Source: Eledone cirrhosa
Lineage: Eukaryota
Reading direction: 5' to 3'
Assembly (NCBI GenBank): GCA_964016885.1
Contig: OZ024746.1
Coordinates: 75,888,001 to 75,952,000 of the forward strand
DNA length: 64,000 nucleotides
Under the pieces are notes generated by a model that was not told where the DNA came from, ran no database searches, and saw nothing but the letters and a program-made list of their open reading frames with translations. Position 1 is the stretch's first letter; each line of letters opens with the position of its first letter. The position numbers were made by a program, and so were the translations under genes. This document shows positions 23,316 to 36,385 of this stretch, piece by piece.

Positions 23316-24189
23316 CTCCTTCTATATATCTTTCTCACTCACCCCACACTCTCTCTCTCTCTCTCTTTCTGGAAGAAGTCAGCTGTGTTCAGATCTGGAG
23401 TGGGATGGGCTATCTCGAGTATAAATTTCCAGGACATATCATATATTAATACAGTTCCCGTATGACTCAATCATGAGTTAAGTATCTATGGCATGGCATA
23501 GACTATATAATCCACTCTGAACCTCGTTTTTTTTTTTTTTGTTAAGAAGGTGTGGTTTTAAGGGGCTTTGTCTGCTATTTCTAGCATATAAATTTCCCCA
23601 TTGGCTTGTACATTTGTTTGTATGTGTGTGTGTGTGAGTGTGTGTGTGTCTTTTTGTTGATCATATCTGAGTAAATGCTAACATGTGTATGCCTGCATGT
23701 CTCATGCTGCTGATTACATCACTGATTATGTATGTCATTTGAGTGTTGTGCGTGCATGTATGTATGCATGTGTGTGTTTCTGTGTATATGTGTGCATGTT
23801 TGTTTTACGTGTTAGTTTTGGAAGGAGGAGCAGTGCCCATGACATTTCCTGGCCTTCCCAGAGCTGTGAGGTTCATGTAATTATGTTTAGATAGAATTTC
23901 TGCAAAATTGATTGATGCCTGTAGGGAAAATGTAAGGAATTCTAAATAGCTGCAAGTTATTAGAATAAACATTTGTGTCTGTGTGCATGCACAGAATATT
24001 CTGTCCCAGATATGTAAACAACACTCTAGTGTGCAGCAGATTTATGCCTTGTATATCTCTTTTCATTAGAAATATAGTAATGAAATGGTTAAGATACATT
24101 TCTGTTTCCTGTAAGGTACATTTGGGGCTTTGAATAAAGTACATTTGTGCTTTGGAAATTGTTAATGGCTAGTTCATAAACAGACACAG

Positions 24190-24305
24190 ACATGGCTGTG
24201 TGGTTAAGGAGTTCCCCTCATACCCATTGGCACCTATTATAAACTCTGGTTGACCAATGCATTGTGAGTGAAATTTGGTAGTCAGGAACTGCAGAAGCTG
24301 TGTAT
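24190..24305 (+). mobile_element. SINE family S3 fragment
   Basis: catggctgtgtggttaagg...gtgagtgaaatttggtag. Confidence 0.65.
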
Positions 24306-24774
24306 GTGCGTGTTTGTATGTGTCCCCTCCTCTATGCCTGTGTGAAAAAAGAAAGAAAAGTGTGTTAGCAGGGCGAGGGGTTGTGTTTGAAGAGCCAGTG
24401 TGTTGGTCAGTGATATGGGTAAGTAGGGATCATGTTTAGAGAGCCATTGTGTTGGTCAGTGATTCGAGTAGGTAGGGGAGACTAATTGTTGCAGACAGTT
24501 CAGGATGACAGATGTTGGCTTGGTTGTCAGTATGATAGAATTACTAGAGAGAGAGGGGGTGGGTAGTGAGTGAGCGTGGGGTGTATGCAAGAGAAGCTGT
24601 GAACACAGATGTCACTTGTGACTTCAGAAAGAAGCAAAGTTAGCATTGTTTTTGCAGTTTGATATCTTTCTTCTCACCCAGCAGTCTCTAACTTGGGATG
24701 GACCAAATGTATTTACTGTAGCATCAGCATTATAGAGCTTGTCTTGCCTCTTCTACTTTACATGAGCTACTTTT

Positions 24775-25017
24775 AATGATTTTGATACTGAAACCACCCT
24801 TCTGACACAAAACAGTTTATTTTAAAACGCTTATATTTATCTAAAAAAAATTCCACCACAATTTTATGTAAGAAACTTTAAGTTATGCTCCAAACACGAG
24901 CTTACTAATGAGCAAGTTGGTTACATTAATAGATTTTCTTCAAATTCTTGATTGTCAAAATTATTTAGAAATCATAGGTAGTGTCTTTCATTAGAAATAT
25001 AGTAACAAAAGGGTTAA
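24775..25017. mobile_element. MITE family A
   Basis: Internal match to 18162-18423; ends aaaagggttaa. Confidence 0.7.
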
Positions 25018-26101
25018 TGACTCTGCCAATTCATTGCTATGATAGAGGTTAGAAATATAGTGTGTTGTGAGGAGGATGGGTGTGGAACCCAGGAAAATAT
25101 AGAAATGGAGAAGAGAAGGCTCCGGTATAATGATTAGTGTAAGTTCTGGTGAGGGATGTCTGTGGTGTGGTGGTGGTGGTTATGAAGTACATAGAGGTGG
25201 TGGGTGTGATGACATGATGGTAGGAGGTGAAGAATTGACTGGGTTTGGGTTTAGCTATGGATGATATAATATATGTAGTTATTGCCATTGCAGTCTTCAC
25301 AAAGAGGTAACTTGTACAGTTACATTTATTAGAGATTTCAAAGAAAAAAACATACTTTGCCATTTTACATAAATCTCTCCATGCTAGAATGGGAGGGGGA
25401 CAGGCTTGTTGGTGTAAATTGTTTTTACAGCTGGATACTCCTTCCTACTGCTATATACTCAACCATGAAGTAACACACACACACACATATGCACGCACAC
25501 ACATACACACACTCTTTTTGTCATTTTGTTTTCTGTTTTGGTTAATTCTTACATGGAACGTCTTCATTTACATTACTGAATAAATGGCTCTCCAGAAAGA
25601 TATCCATGTCATTTATAGCTTTCCATGTCACTGCTATGAATTAGAGGGGGTGTCAGTGGTGTGGTGGTAGAGGCAGAGTCAGTGTTTGTGGTGGTGTTGG
25701 TGTAATTGTTGTTGTTGTTTGGTTTCAGATAAGCTTTGATTAACTATTAACTATTCCATTATTATATTTCTAATCAAAAACACTACTTATTATTTTCAAA
25801 TAATTTTGAAAATAAGTATTTGATGAGATTTCATAATATAATTAATATTCTCAATATTTATTTGGTGTTTGAAACATATCTTAAAGAGACCTGTGATCAA
25901 AGGCATACATACCATTTATGATCATTCTGTATTTTTGTCTAGGATTATATAATGAGGATTTCATATATAATGCTGCTAATGACTATTGCTCTAAGAGAGA
26001 ACTCTATATGTAAGTAGAGTGTCTAAACATGTATGACTGTATTAGAAGTATAAAAATATAATTTCTCACAGTGATTACTCAGTTCATCTCAGTGGAGAAT
26101 C

Positions 26102-26143
<42 letters not shown>

Positions 26144-26411
26144 CATCATCATCATTATCATCATTTTTTACATCCATGTTTCTATGCTTACATGAGTTAT
26201 ACCAGTCCTTTTCAGCACACCATTTCACCACTCATTGTGTTCTTTTGTCATCTTCTCTGTGAGTTTAAGTTTTTCCTTGGCCTTCTTTTACTAAGGCTTC
26301 CTTCTACTAGAATTTTCAGACACTTTCCATTTTTGTGAAAGTTCAGTGAACATGGAAGCATTTGCCTGCGGCATATCAACTTACCCAAATTTCTTCACAT
26401 AATTGTGTTAA

Positions 26412-26497
26412 CGTCTGATGATGTCACACTGGTGCCGGTTGCTGGTGTATTGATTGCATAAAGACTGTATACTGGTGCCACGGAAATACATATTATG
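26412..26497 (+). ncRNA. Hammerhead-like motif with extended stem II (degenerate)
   Basis: CTGATGA (26415-26421), stem II tgtcacactggt/actggtgccacg, GAAA (26483-26486), near-palindromic A-tacata-T, stem I cgt/atg. Confidence 0.45.
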
Positions 26498-26866
26498 CAA
26501 TAAATATGATGATGTAACCATAACATCTGTTTTAATGTTAATTCATACAAAGAAACTTTGTGGTGTTTGATTGCTGTCATAATGCTGGATATATATGACT
26601 GACGTAGACTGCTTTTAATTGTTCACACCTGTTTATCAACAGGATATTGCAACAGATAAGTACTTTAGAGTAATTACCCACTTGTCCCCCTCGCTTTATG
26701 CGATTACTGGTCCCAATAACTTTTTTTAGATTATTGCTCGCACCAACCTGAGGTATCTGATTTTTAATGCGATGAAATACCAATGATGGTTGGAAAATCA
26801 CTGACGAAGGACTATTTTTATCATATGTAACCCATGTACAAACCACGCAGTATTCTTCTTTCTTAT

Positions 26867-26919
<53 letters not shown>

Positions 26920-29829
26920 CACACACACACTAGTGCAAATTTCTCTGCCCTGAAAATAGTATGTTTTGAAAACATGGCCAAATGGTTAAGGAGTTTGCTT
27001 TGCCATTATCGGCCACTTTCACATTAATTTCATGAGAAGGCTGTTCTGTTGATTGAGCTACTGGAACATTTATTGTCAAAACCGATTGAAAGACATTTTA
27101 TATATTCATTTAATATATACGGAGATGGGAATATTTTGTGCTGATTATATATGAGGATTTGAAAGCTGAATCATGAGTTATAAGCCCTACTAAATTTGAC
27201 ACCGTTATCAGTAGTTTAAGTTAACAGTTTTAAAGCTCAGGAGGGGATTGGGTGGTCTTAGCACCTGTTCTTTACCACAACATAAACTGAACAGAAGATT
27301 TCTCAGGGATTTCCTAAAAAATCTTTCCTTTAACCACCTGAATATACCAAATTTAGAACACTTCACATTCATCTTTCCCACAGTTTATTTTAACATACAC
27401 ATGGTGAATTATTGTTTCATATTTATTTACCATAATACATCAAGTGATAACAATATAAATAGAAACAAACATTTTTCTTCATTAGTTATCTAATCGGGAC
27501 ACTCAAATACTATACTTATTACTGAAAAACCAAGTGATTAAACAAATAGCTGATAAGCAGAAATGTTTGTATTTTGTCCTGTTTTCCACTTGAATTCATC
27601 ATCTGCCTTTCATCCTTACGGGGTCGATAAAATAAAGTACCAGTAATGCACTGGGTAATTGCTGGCCTTGTGCCTAAAGTAGAAACAATTATTTAACGTC
27701 CATTTTCTCTGCTAGCAAAGTTTTGACAGGTTGTCATAGACCAAGTCAGTACTTATCCAGAACCACTGGCTTCTCAGACAGGCTGGAGGCTGCATCTCAG
27801 TTACATACATTCTTGTACTCTTCAGAGTGTACTGAGTTTTATCATGGAACCAGCCCTAGAGATGCCATGTCTTTAACGCAACTGGAGAGTCCTCTTCACC
27901 CTTTATTTGGCAGTTTTTCTATAGCTGGATGCCCTTCTTATCATTAATCACTTTACAAATTGTACTGGTAGTTTCCATTTTAACAAATTGCACTCACAAA
28001 GTATCAGTGAAGCCAAGGCTATAGTGAAAAGTGTATGAGTATCTTTTCATTTCAACATCATATCTTTCCTGAGACATTTACATCTGGAGTTCCAGCTTTA
28101 TCTCTGATGACAACTACCATCTACCACAACACATCTTTATGGTTATATTTACATGTGGGATTAGAGTGTTGAATTCTTGATCATAATGTGAGCTCAATTC
28201 CTGGATTGGATGATATATTGTATTCTTGAGACAAGATGCTTCATTTTACATTGCTTTTCCTAATATGGGGAGGACCCCATCATTATATTTTATCTAATTT
28301 TCACTTACGTCATTAGAATGCATCAAAATTAAATATAAAATGGAACAATGATAGGGAGTAGAGGTGTTAAGGAGAAGCCACAATAGAGAATTCTTACCCA
28401 CAAATAAATTTAAATCTAATAAACAACAACAAAAAAAGTATTACAAAAGAGAAACAAATATAGCAAGTTTTAGAAATTGCTGAAGTATACATATAATTTT
28501 GGATAAATAACAAATTACTGAAGATTTTTAATTTGTAAATTTCTATGCCTAAAGAGATAAACATTATGTATATATATATTTTATAATCGTATGGATGTTC
28601 ATTTTAATCTATGTAAATAAAGTTAATTATTAAGTCTTCTCTTTACTGAGGCTTCTTTTCTTGTTGGCGCCATAAATTGGTTTACATGGTTTAACATTTT
28701 TAACTTCATTCTTTGCTTAAAGAGAGGAAGTGTTGAGAAATACAATACCAAAAATGAGAAATGATGTATTTATTAACATTTTCTGCCAACAGCATTTCAA
28801 TAAAAGACTGTGTTGAAACTAAACATTGTGGAAGAGTCATTTTAGCCATTTAAAATCACACAAAAACTGTTAAATTCACTTTACTATTAACATTTATTTC
28901 ATGTTAATTTTTTTTTAACCACTTGAGTAAACAGAGGTTATGTGAAATAAAGTGTCTTGCTCAATGATACAACAAGCTGCCTAACTTGGTATCGAACTCA
29001 CAGCCTTATAATTATGAGTCCAACACCCTAACCACTAAGTCACATGCCTTCATTACACTCACACACACAAACATTTATACATGTACACACACCATGAGGG
29101 CACCTTTTTGAAGGTGCAATTTATGCTCTTCTCCAGTGTTATATAAACTTGCAGTACTTTATCAAGACCAACCTGTCTTCTATGGAGTATCAATAGTTGA
29201 AATGGAGTAGTAGTGGTAGTCATCTTATTAGTTTTTAATAAAATAATATTTTACTGGAGAAAGTTTGTTTGTTTGTCGATTTCCATGGTGTTTGGTTTAT
29301 TGTCTTATAAAAGAAAGGAAAGTTGTAGACAGTTCTTAACTAACACTGAATTATTTAGTAATTTAGTACAGTCTAGTAATTTTCTATAATCACTAGTTAG
29401 TGCATTGCTTCAAATGTGTAGGAAGATTGACTTTCTAGTCATGCAAACTTATCCAATGGATACTGGAATATATCTGATATATATAATTTATTTTTCCATT
29501 CTCATCATTAAGGTAGCATTGTTATTATTTGTTGTTGTTGTTGTTTAGCCCCACCTCCTGTCAAATTGATGAAACAAAATCTATGATTAAAGGCAGTGAT
29601 CAAACCATCTTTGTTTAATCCTTTTATTACCATATTACTAATGAAATACGCTGCCTATGGTTTGAAAATAAAGAATTTAAAGTAATTTAATAATATAATT
29701 GACTTTCTCCTTATCAAGCTAGTGTTTGGAACATAACTTAACAAAGGTCCTTACATAAAATTATGATGGAAAGTTTTTAGATAAATATAAACATTTTGAA
29801 ACAGTGTAAATAAATATAGATACCTCTTT

Positions 29830-30205
29830 CCGTTTTTAAGAGGTCTTTAGCTGATTTTGTAAGCTATTTATAGCAACCAACTGTATTTACAGTTAATTTC
29901 TGCATCTGAGTTTCCCTTCATTTCTATTAACCTCATAATCTCTCAGTGTTTCAAAAGTTCGAACTTTGCATACAATGTTCTTTACATTTCAGAACTGTAA
30001 TTTAAATGGTGATTCCTTTCAGGAGCCATTTAGCTCAATGGTGAGAGCCATCAGCCAATATCTGAAATATATGGAGTTTGGTTCTTTATAGCAAATACTG
30101 GCCACTTTTCTCCATCTATATTGGGTCTTTACTTGGTTTTGTAGCAATCAACTGTATTTACAGTTATTTTCTGAGTCTGAGTTTTCCTACATTTTCTATA
30201 TGTAT
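29830..30205 (+). mobile_element. tRNA-headed element (partial direct copy plus full copy) ending in TA-rich sequence
   Basis: A box TAGCTCAATGG at 30031-30041, decayed B box; body homologous to 56293-56672; 29830-29930 duplicates its 3' half. Confidence 0.6.
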
Positions 30206-30258
30206 ATGTAAATCCTAAGTAAAATCAGGGTAACCATAGTTACATTAGTATATATATA

Positions 30259-30470
30259 TGGTTTAGGGTATTGGACTCACATTCATAAGGACATGGGTTT
30301 GATTCCTGGACTGGGTAGCATGTGTTCTTGAGCAAGACACGTTATTTCATGTTGCATTTCATGGTAGGACTAGAGAGGTCTCCCTATCATGAAAACATTC
30401 AATAATCCTCTTATGAAATGCAACCTCGTAGGAGGCCTGCCAAACCTGTATAGGTGTGAGCTGTAAATTT
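30259..30470 (+). mobile_element. CORE-headed SINE with tail 2
   Basis: ttcttgagcaagacacg...gtgtgagctgtaaattt. Confidence 0.7.
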
Positions 30471-31479
30471 GGAAACTGTTTTATATTTGTGTTAGAATTA
30501 GTTTATATAACACAAATAAAGAACAGGCACAGAATTTATAACCATTTATATTCATTTATACATTTGATTAATTTTCTTGTGCCAATGTAAAAAATCACCA
30601 TCACCATCATTATTATTATGGCAGTGGGCGGTGGTTTGGCAGTATCGGTAGAGGATCTGACGCCATGCTTTGCAGCATAGAGTTACGTCCCTTTATGGTC
30701 TGAGTTCAAATCCTGCTAAAAGTAGTTGGGAATGTTTGGCCATGAGAATATCCCATCATTTTTTAAAGACAGTAGGGAGCAATTTGAGGGAAATTTGGCT
30801 GCTATTTCTAGCAGATCAAGCTACTATCTAGAGGCGTCTTCATTGATAGTTGCATCCTTTAATAACAAACTTTATTTTCTTTGTTTTGTTATTAAAGTAG
30901 TGGTGGTGATGGTGGTGGTGGTGGTTTCTTTACTCTAACGAGAAATATACAACTTACAATCAATGTACTGATGGTATATCTTCAAGTTTATCACAGTGTA
31001 CACTTATTCATTCCACACATATTTTCACATATCTCTAGTTTTGTTGCAGGTGTCAACACTTGAAAACAACAACAAAAATAAGTCTATAGATTTGAAGGCT
31101 GTTCACTCAATCCATACAGCTTCAGCTTTTTATTAGCAGCCAAAGTTGATAAAATAAACTTCAAATGAAATCTGATGTTTTAATCAATAGATGGCATTGG
31201 ATTCAAAATAGTGGTTTGATTCAAATCTCAAATTCCTTGTAAGCATTTAATTTCACCCTACCCACTTTGTGGTGTTGACTTAGCTTATTGACAATATGGA
31301 TGATGTTTGCTGGGTAAAAGAAGTGCCAGGAGGTCCAAGTCAAAGGAAATCATGGAAAAGGAGGGCCAAAAAAGAATTGAGGAGAGGTGATGAAAGCCAG
31401 TCTTTCTTAAGCCAGTCTTTCTTAACAAACTACACCTTAAAAACGAGATGACAAACAAAAGAGACAAGTAGAGAGATGC

Positions 31480-31690
31480 TGTCCTGGAGAGGACTCATTT
31501 AGCCCTTGCAAAATGATTGCTAAGTGAAGAAGTGCCAATAATTCCAAGTGGAAGGAAGCCGTGCTGGAGGAAGACCAAGAAAGACATAGGCAGAGGTGGT
31601 GTAAGTCGACCTCAAGAAACTACACACCACAAGGGAAAGACACAAATGGAGAAATGATGTACTGGATGTCAAAACGATAATGATGTTGAT
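31480..31690 (+). mobile_element. Highly decayed RTE LINE 3' fragment
   Basis: QVEGSRAGGRPRKT*AEVV*VDLKKL motif; (GAT)-like tail. Confidence 0.55.
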
Positions 31691-32582
31691 GACAGTGAGC
31701 TGTTGAGTTAGTCAAATATTCCTTAAAATCTATTTAACTTATTACAATATCACACTAGGAACACTATATTTTCCATTCAGCCTTGACAAGCATATAAAAC
31801 ACACACATGTATACAAATGTTTCAGATACATTCTCCTTCTTGAGACATCCCTCCATTGAAGGTGAAGCATTCATTTTGCTTTTTCTAATGGCTAGAATAT
31901 ATGCGGCTTGCCACACATAGATTTCTCTGCTAACTGGAGCAGTTGTGCTAACCTGTTGTCGAATTATTAGTCACTCATCTGCAAAGCCACTGGTGTTCAC
32001 GATGCAAAGGTCATCCAATTAAACTGGTGATCATCACATCAGCTACTGCTTACTATGAGACAAGCAGGATTTTTATCGAGGCTTACTCCTCTAGATCTGA
32101 CTTGTTCTGCTCGACCAAAGGTTCTCAACAAGGGGCATATACACCCCCAAGGGGCGTTTCGGAACTCCAGGGGGGCATTTGGGAGCAAGGGGGCATGGGG
32201 GGGGGGGCGTTTGGAGCTTTGGGGTGCACTGGAAGGCTCTTTACTTTGGTAAGTTTTATAAGCCATATTTGTATGTATTTGAGACAGCCAGTGTGAATGC
32301 ATTTGAATGAGCATGCAGACAGCATAACTATGATGTGAGCTGGTGTGCATGCGTGTTTAGACATTAACGGGCAATTGAGATCCTAACGGAAAAATCCACA
32401 GTCAACTGTGTCAAGGACACTTCAAGCGCAGCCAGTTAGATTCTTGTCTTTCCTTCACCGATAACAATGTATTTCATGTCTGAAATTATTGACTCAACCG
32501 TAACGAGTTAACACTATGTAGATCTATTTTATTTCCTATTGTACAAATAAAAAAAAATAAAAAAAAAACACAGAAGTGGGTT

Positions 32583-32894
32583 GCACACACATCTAGGACC
32601 ACATGCAACACATAAGGAGGTAGCACACACATCTAGGACCACATACAACACACAGGCAGGTAATACATACATTTAGGACCACATACAACACATAAGCAGG
32701 TAATACAAACATCTAGGACCACACACAACACATAATCAGGTAATACAAACATCTATGACCACATACAACACATAATCAGGTAATACATACATCTAGGACC
32801 ACATGCAATACATAAGCAGGTAATACATACATCTATGACTACCTACAACACACAGGCAGGTAATACATACATCTAGAACCAAATACAACACACA
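32583..32894. repeat. 40-bp minisatellite x8 inside the hAT element
   Basis: atctaggacc-type unit at 32591, 32631, 32671, 32711, 32751, 32791, 32831 and 32871. Confidence 0.95.
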
Positions 32895-33933
32895 TTGTAT
32901 CATGTGCTACGGACGACGCAAGAGCAATGGTCGGCCAACATAAGGGTTTCGTCACTCTTCTGAAGAGAGAAAATCTATCTGTATTTGTTGTTCATTGACA
33001 GCGAAGAAACTCAGCAAGCCACTGAGCAAGTCCTTGCAGGTGGCCCTTGATGTCATCAATTTTATCAAACGGCATTCCCTCAATGAACGAATTTTCCGGC
33101 AACTGTGCCAAGATAATGACAAAGAATTCATCAAGTTGCTCCTTCATAATGAAGTGAGGTGGCTTTCAAAGAGCAAGTGCCTTACTCACTTTGAACTGAT
33201 TGACTCTATCATTGAGTTTCTGCGAGGACGCAACACAGAACTGTACAAGAAAACCCTCGATGTGAGGCAAAACTGCGCCTACCTCACCGACATCGTCGAC
33301 AAATGCAATAGCGTCATTTTGGCATTGCAGGGGAAGAAGATCACCTTGCTTAAAGCAAGGAATGCTGTGAAAACATTCCTGGCCAAATTGAATGTCATCG
33401 AAAGGAATCTTTGTTGACGGGAATTCTATAATTTTCCTAGTGTCGCCAATGTTCAAAACATTGTAAGCGATGACCAACTCCAAATTTATACCACTCACCC
33501 CCGTGCGCTACAAGACAACATGAGAGAACGGTTTGTTGACCTTTTGCCGATGGACCTCCCAATGTGGGTAGCAGATCCCTTCATAGCTAACGTCGATGAT
33601 TTGGATGTTATATTTCAGGAAGAATTCATTGAACTTCAAGCAGATGACATGATAAAAATTAGATTTCCCAAAATAGGTGAACCCCTTTTTTGGATGCAAG
33701 AGGAAATTCAGTGTCGATTTCCACACCTACATGCAGAGGCTAAGAGATTTGCTCTGTCTTTTCCAAGCTCATACTTAGTCAAGAGGAGGTTTGGTGCTGT
33801 TTCCAGACTGCACAGTAAGGCTCGCAACCGCTACAATGTAATTACACGTGGAGATCTCCGGCTACATCTTACGAAAATCCAGCCTGACGTCAAAGAGTTA
33901 GCTAGACTCCATAAAGTTCAAGGGTCACATTGA
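32895..33933 (+). pseudogene. Buster-type hAT transposase (ZBED8/SCAND3-like) C-terminal half, disrupted
   Basis: SCATDDARAMVG, LLLHNEVRWLSK, AYLTDI, FPSSYLVKRRFG, RGDLRLHLTKIQPDVKEL..HKVQGSH; frameshift near 32950 and in-frame TGA at 33415-33417. Confidence 0.9.
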
Positions 33934-34687
33934 AATGAGGTCAAAGTTAAAGTAAGTTGATTTATCCGAAAACTTGGATATGCTATTGTTACAAAGCAAA
34001 CTAACAATTTTTTTTATTTGTACTTGCAGTCTGACTGGACTGGAAACCATCTACTACAATTCACTTACTCATTTGTTGTATATATTTTACCATTTACTAA
34101 TAAATATACCCTCCCGCGTGGTCATGAAAACCTTCTTCCGTGGTCTCTAAGCTCACAAAGCAGAGGGGACATCAAGTTAGATATCAACATTTATTCTGTC
34201 CGTTTCATTAAAGGGAAAATTGGAAAGCTTTGAAATGATATAATTGCCACTTTCTTCCAGATAAGAGCACTCTTTGGATAGACAGATTTGCTCTTGTATA
34301 AATGTTCAAAATACTTGGTATCGCCTGGTGGGAATATAACAAATTCAACTGGTCCTTATTCATAAAAAAGAACATTTATGTTCTTTTTTTTGAAATTTAT
34401 ATATTTCCTTTCAAGGAATGTATTTATACTCTCAGCTGCCTGCAATGGTATCTTTGGAATATTGTTAATCAATTTTTTAGTAATCTACAGATATCAAAAT
34501 ATTGAAAAATGGAAAAATAGGGTAGGGGCGTTTCTTGATTTTGAGGGACAAAAGGGGGCGTTTGGCCTAAATAGGTTGAGAACCTGTGTGCTAGACTATC
34601 CTATGATAGCCATATCAAAGGCACCTAGTCAGGTCACTCTTCAGATACATAATAGGTTCATTAGCTCTAAACATATAGGGATACAGA

Positions 34688-34831
34688 GTCAGCCTGGAGT
34701 CTGGAGGCTCATAAGGCTGGTTCTTATCCTGGTTTCTATGATGTGAAGCCATTGAGAGTACAAGACTCCTCCCTGGACAGGACACCAGTCCATCGCAGGG
34801 TTAAAACTCCAGCTATTGCTGGTACTCATTT
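34688..34831 (-). mobile_element. SINE 3' fragment with V-domain-like segment
   Basis: Minus strand ccctgcgatggactggtgtcctgtccaggg resembles the V-SINE domain motif. Confidence 0.5.
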
Positions 34832-34846
34832 GATATATATATTTAT

Positions 34847-35139
34847 AAGCTATGTTGGTACCACAACATCCAGTCCTAAATAAATGAGGTCGTGTAGGTG
34901 TCACAACAAAAAAAACACACAGTCCACGCTGTAATGTGGCCGTGTAGGTAACATGGTAAAAACCTCCCAGTCCACACTGTAAACGTGGTTGGTGTTAGGA
35001 AGGGCATCCAGCCGTAGAAAACCCGCCAGACAGTCCTGAGCAAGACAACCAATCTTGCCTCAAATGGGACAATTCCCGTCCAGACCCATGCTAGCATGGA
35101 AGATGGACGTTAAATGATGATGATGATGATGATGATGAT
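34847..35139 (+). mobile_element. Isolated RTE 3' UTR (5'-truncated LINE) with (GAT)n tail
   Basis: Nearly colinear with 54751-55042, which directly follows the RTE ORF. Confidence 0.8.
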
Positions 35140-35245
35140 AGAAGAATGTATTGTTGGTGTTTGTGCATAAGTATGTATATATAAAAGAATGTATACATGT
35201 ATGTCTTATGTATATGTGTGTGTATATATATATATTAGTATAAGT

Positions 35246-35525
35246 GAAATTATGTGGCTTAGTGTTTAGTGTGTTCAGTTCCTGGTCATAAGGTAGTGAG
35301 CTTGATTCCCAGCTATGTCCAGTTTCCTTGAGCCATATACTTTATTTCATGTTGCTTCGGTCCACCCAGCTGGCAAAAATGTAATTCAAAGGACCAGCCT
35401 TGTCACACACTATATCACATGAATCTCCATTAGAACTACATTATAGGTACATGTGTCTCTGGATTGCTCAGCCACTTGCTCATTAATTTCATAAACAGGC
35501 TGTTTTGTTGTTTGGGCAAATAGAA
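35246..35525 (+). mobile_element. CORE-headed SINE with tail 1, inside a ~70-bp AT/GT minisatellite
   Basis: A box tggcttagtg; flanks repeat tgtgcata..tatgtatatata.aagaatgtat. Confidence 0.7.
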
Positions 35526-35914
35526 CACATATTTGTAAATATGTGTGTGTATGTGTGCATATGTCTGTGCATATGTATATATACAAGAATGTATGCATAT
35601 ATGTCTTATGTATGTGTGTATATATGTTTGTGCATAGGTGCGTATGCATATATACAAGAATGTATGCATATATGTCTTATGTATATATGTGTGTGTGTGT
35701 GTTCTATAAGCCTGAATACTTCATGTCTCGATCTGTTTTCCAGTTATTTGTTGACTTTTCATGTAGAAGAAAGCGCCATGATGTTAATGTCAGGACACAC
35801 TGCCAAATTTCTCTGTTTGACTGACACATTAGTAGCATACATTATATTAATCTGATAATTGTTTGCCTGTGAGCAATATTGAAGTGATTGCTATCATCCT
35901 CATCATCTTTTTTG

Positions 35915-36295
35915 CCCTCTTATTCCTGGGATGATCATGAAGGCAGAGTCTTCAAGTATATTCCTTACAGTGAATCCTGTCAGAAACAACCATCTCTCAA
36001 TTGATCTGGCTGGATCCCCAAATGAGACCAGCCGACCTTATGGATGTTATCCAACCATCTTGCTTGGATTTCCTGCCAGCTGGTTTTGCCCATAAAATCT
36101 GTTCAGTGATTCTTCCCTGAGACATTCTAACCACATGTCTGTAATATCGGAGCTATGATCTCTCAATTCACAGAAATAGCAGCTCTACCTGGAGCAACTC
36201 TCTGATCTCTGAGCTATGCAGTTTGTTGAGAAATATTATTCTAAAGATCCTTCCGAGGAACCCTATTTTATCCACTTGTATTTGTCTCTGTTAAA
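35915..36295 (-). mobile_element. Rex3/Expander-like RTE LINE 3' fragment
   Basis: SSEIRELLQVELLFL.IERS.LRYYRHVVRMSQGRITEQILWAKPAG; related pieces at 40338-40549(-) and 44370-44537(-). Confidence 0.75.
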
Positions 36296-36385
36296 TGTCT
36301 GGCAAAGAGATTGTCGAGTCCAAGCTAGCTGATGAACAGTGTGGTTTTCACTGACCAAAATCATTATTGTCATCATTATTATTAT

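Larger units (their letters stand above)
32116..34588 (+). mobile_element. hAT DNA transposon, Buster/Charlie type, defective
   Basis: TIRs caMaggttctcaac; 8-bp TSD tgctcgac/tgctagac (7/8, nnnTAnnn Buster pattern); subterminal ggggcg motifs; transposase remnant. Confidence 0.9.

Noticed and set aside
25050-25260. Possible CR1/L2 3' fragment on the minus strand (TRTYTNHYTGAFS)
   Set aside because: Similarity too short and degenerate to support without a search
26801-26835. CTGACGA hammerhead start
   Set aside because: No downstream GAAA or stem II closure
32583-32894. Regular 40-bp array as a CRISPR
   Set aside because: Head-to-tail units with no unique spacers, no cas genes, eukaryotic context; the same applies to 10537-10790 and 19197-19448
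32995-33933. Domesticated ZBED8/SCAND3-like host gene
   Set aside because: In-frame stop, frameshift, missing N-terminus, and intact TIRs/TSD show it is a decayed transposon
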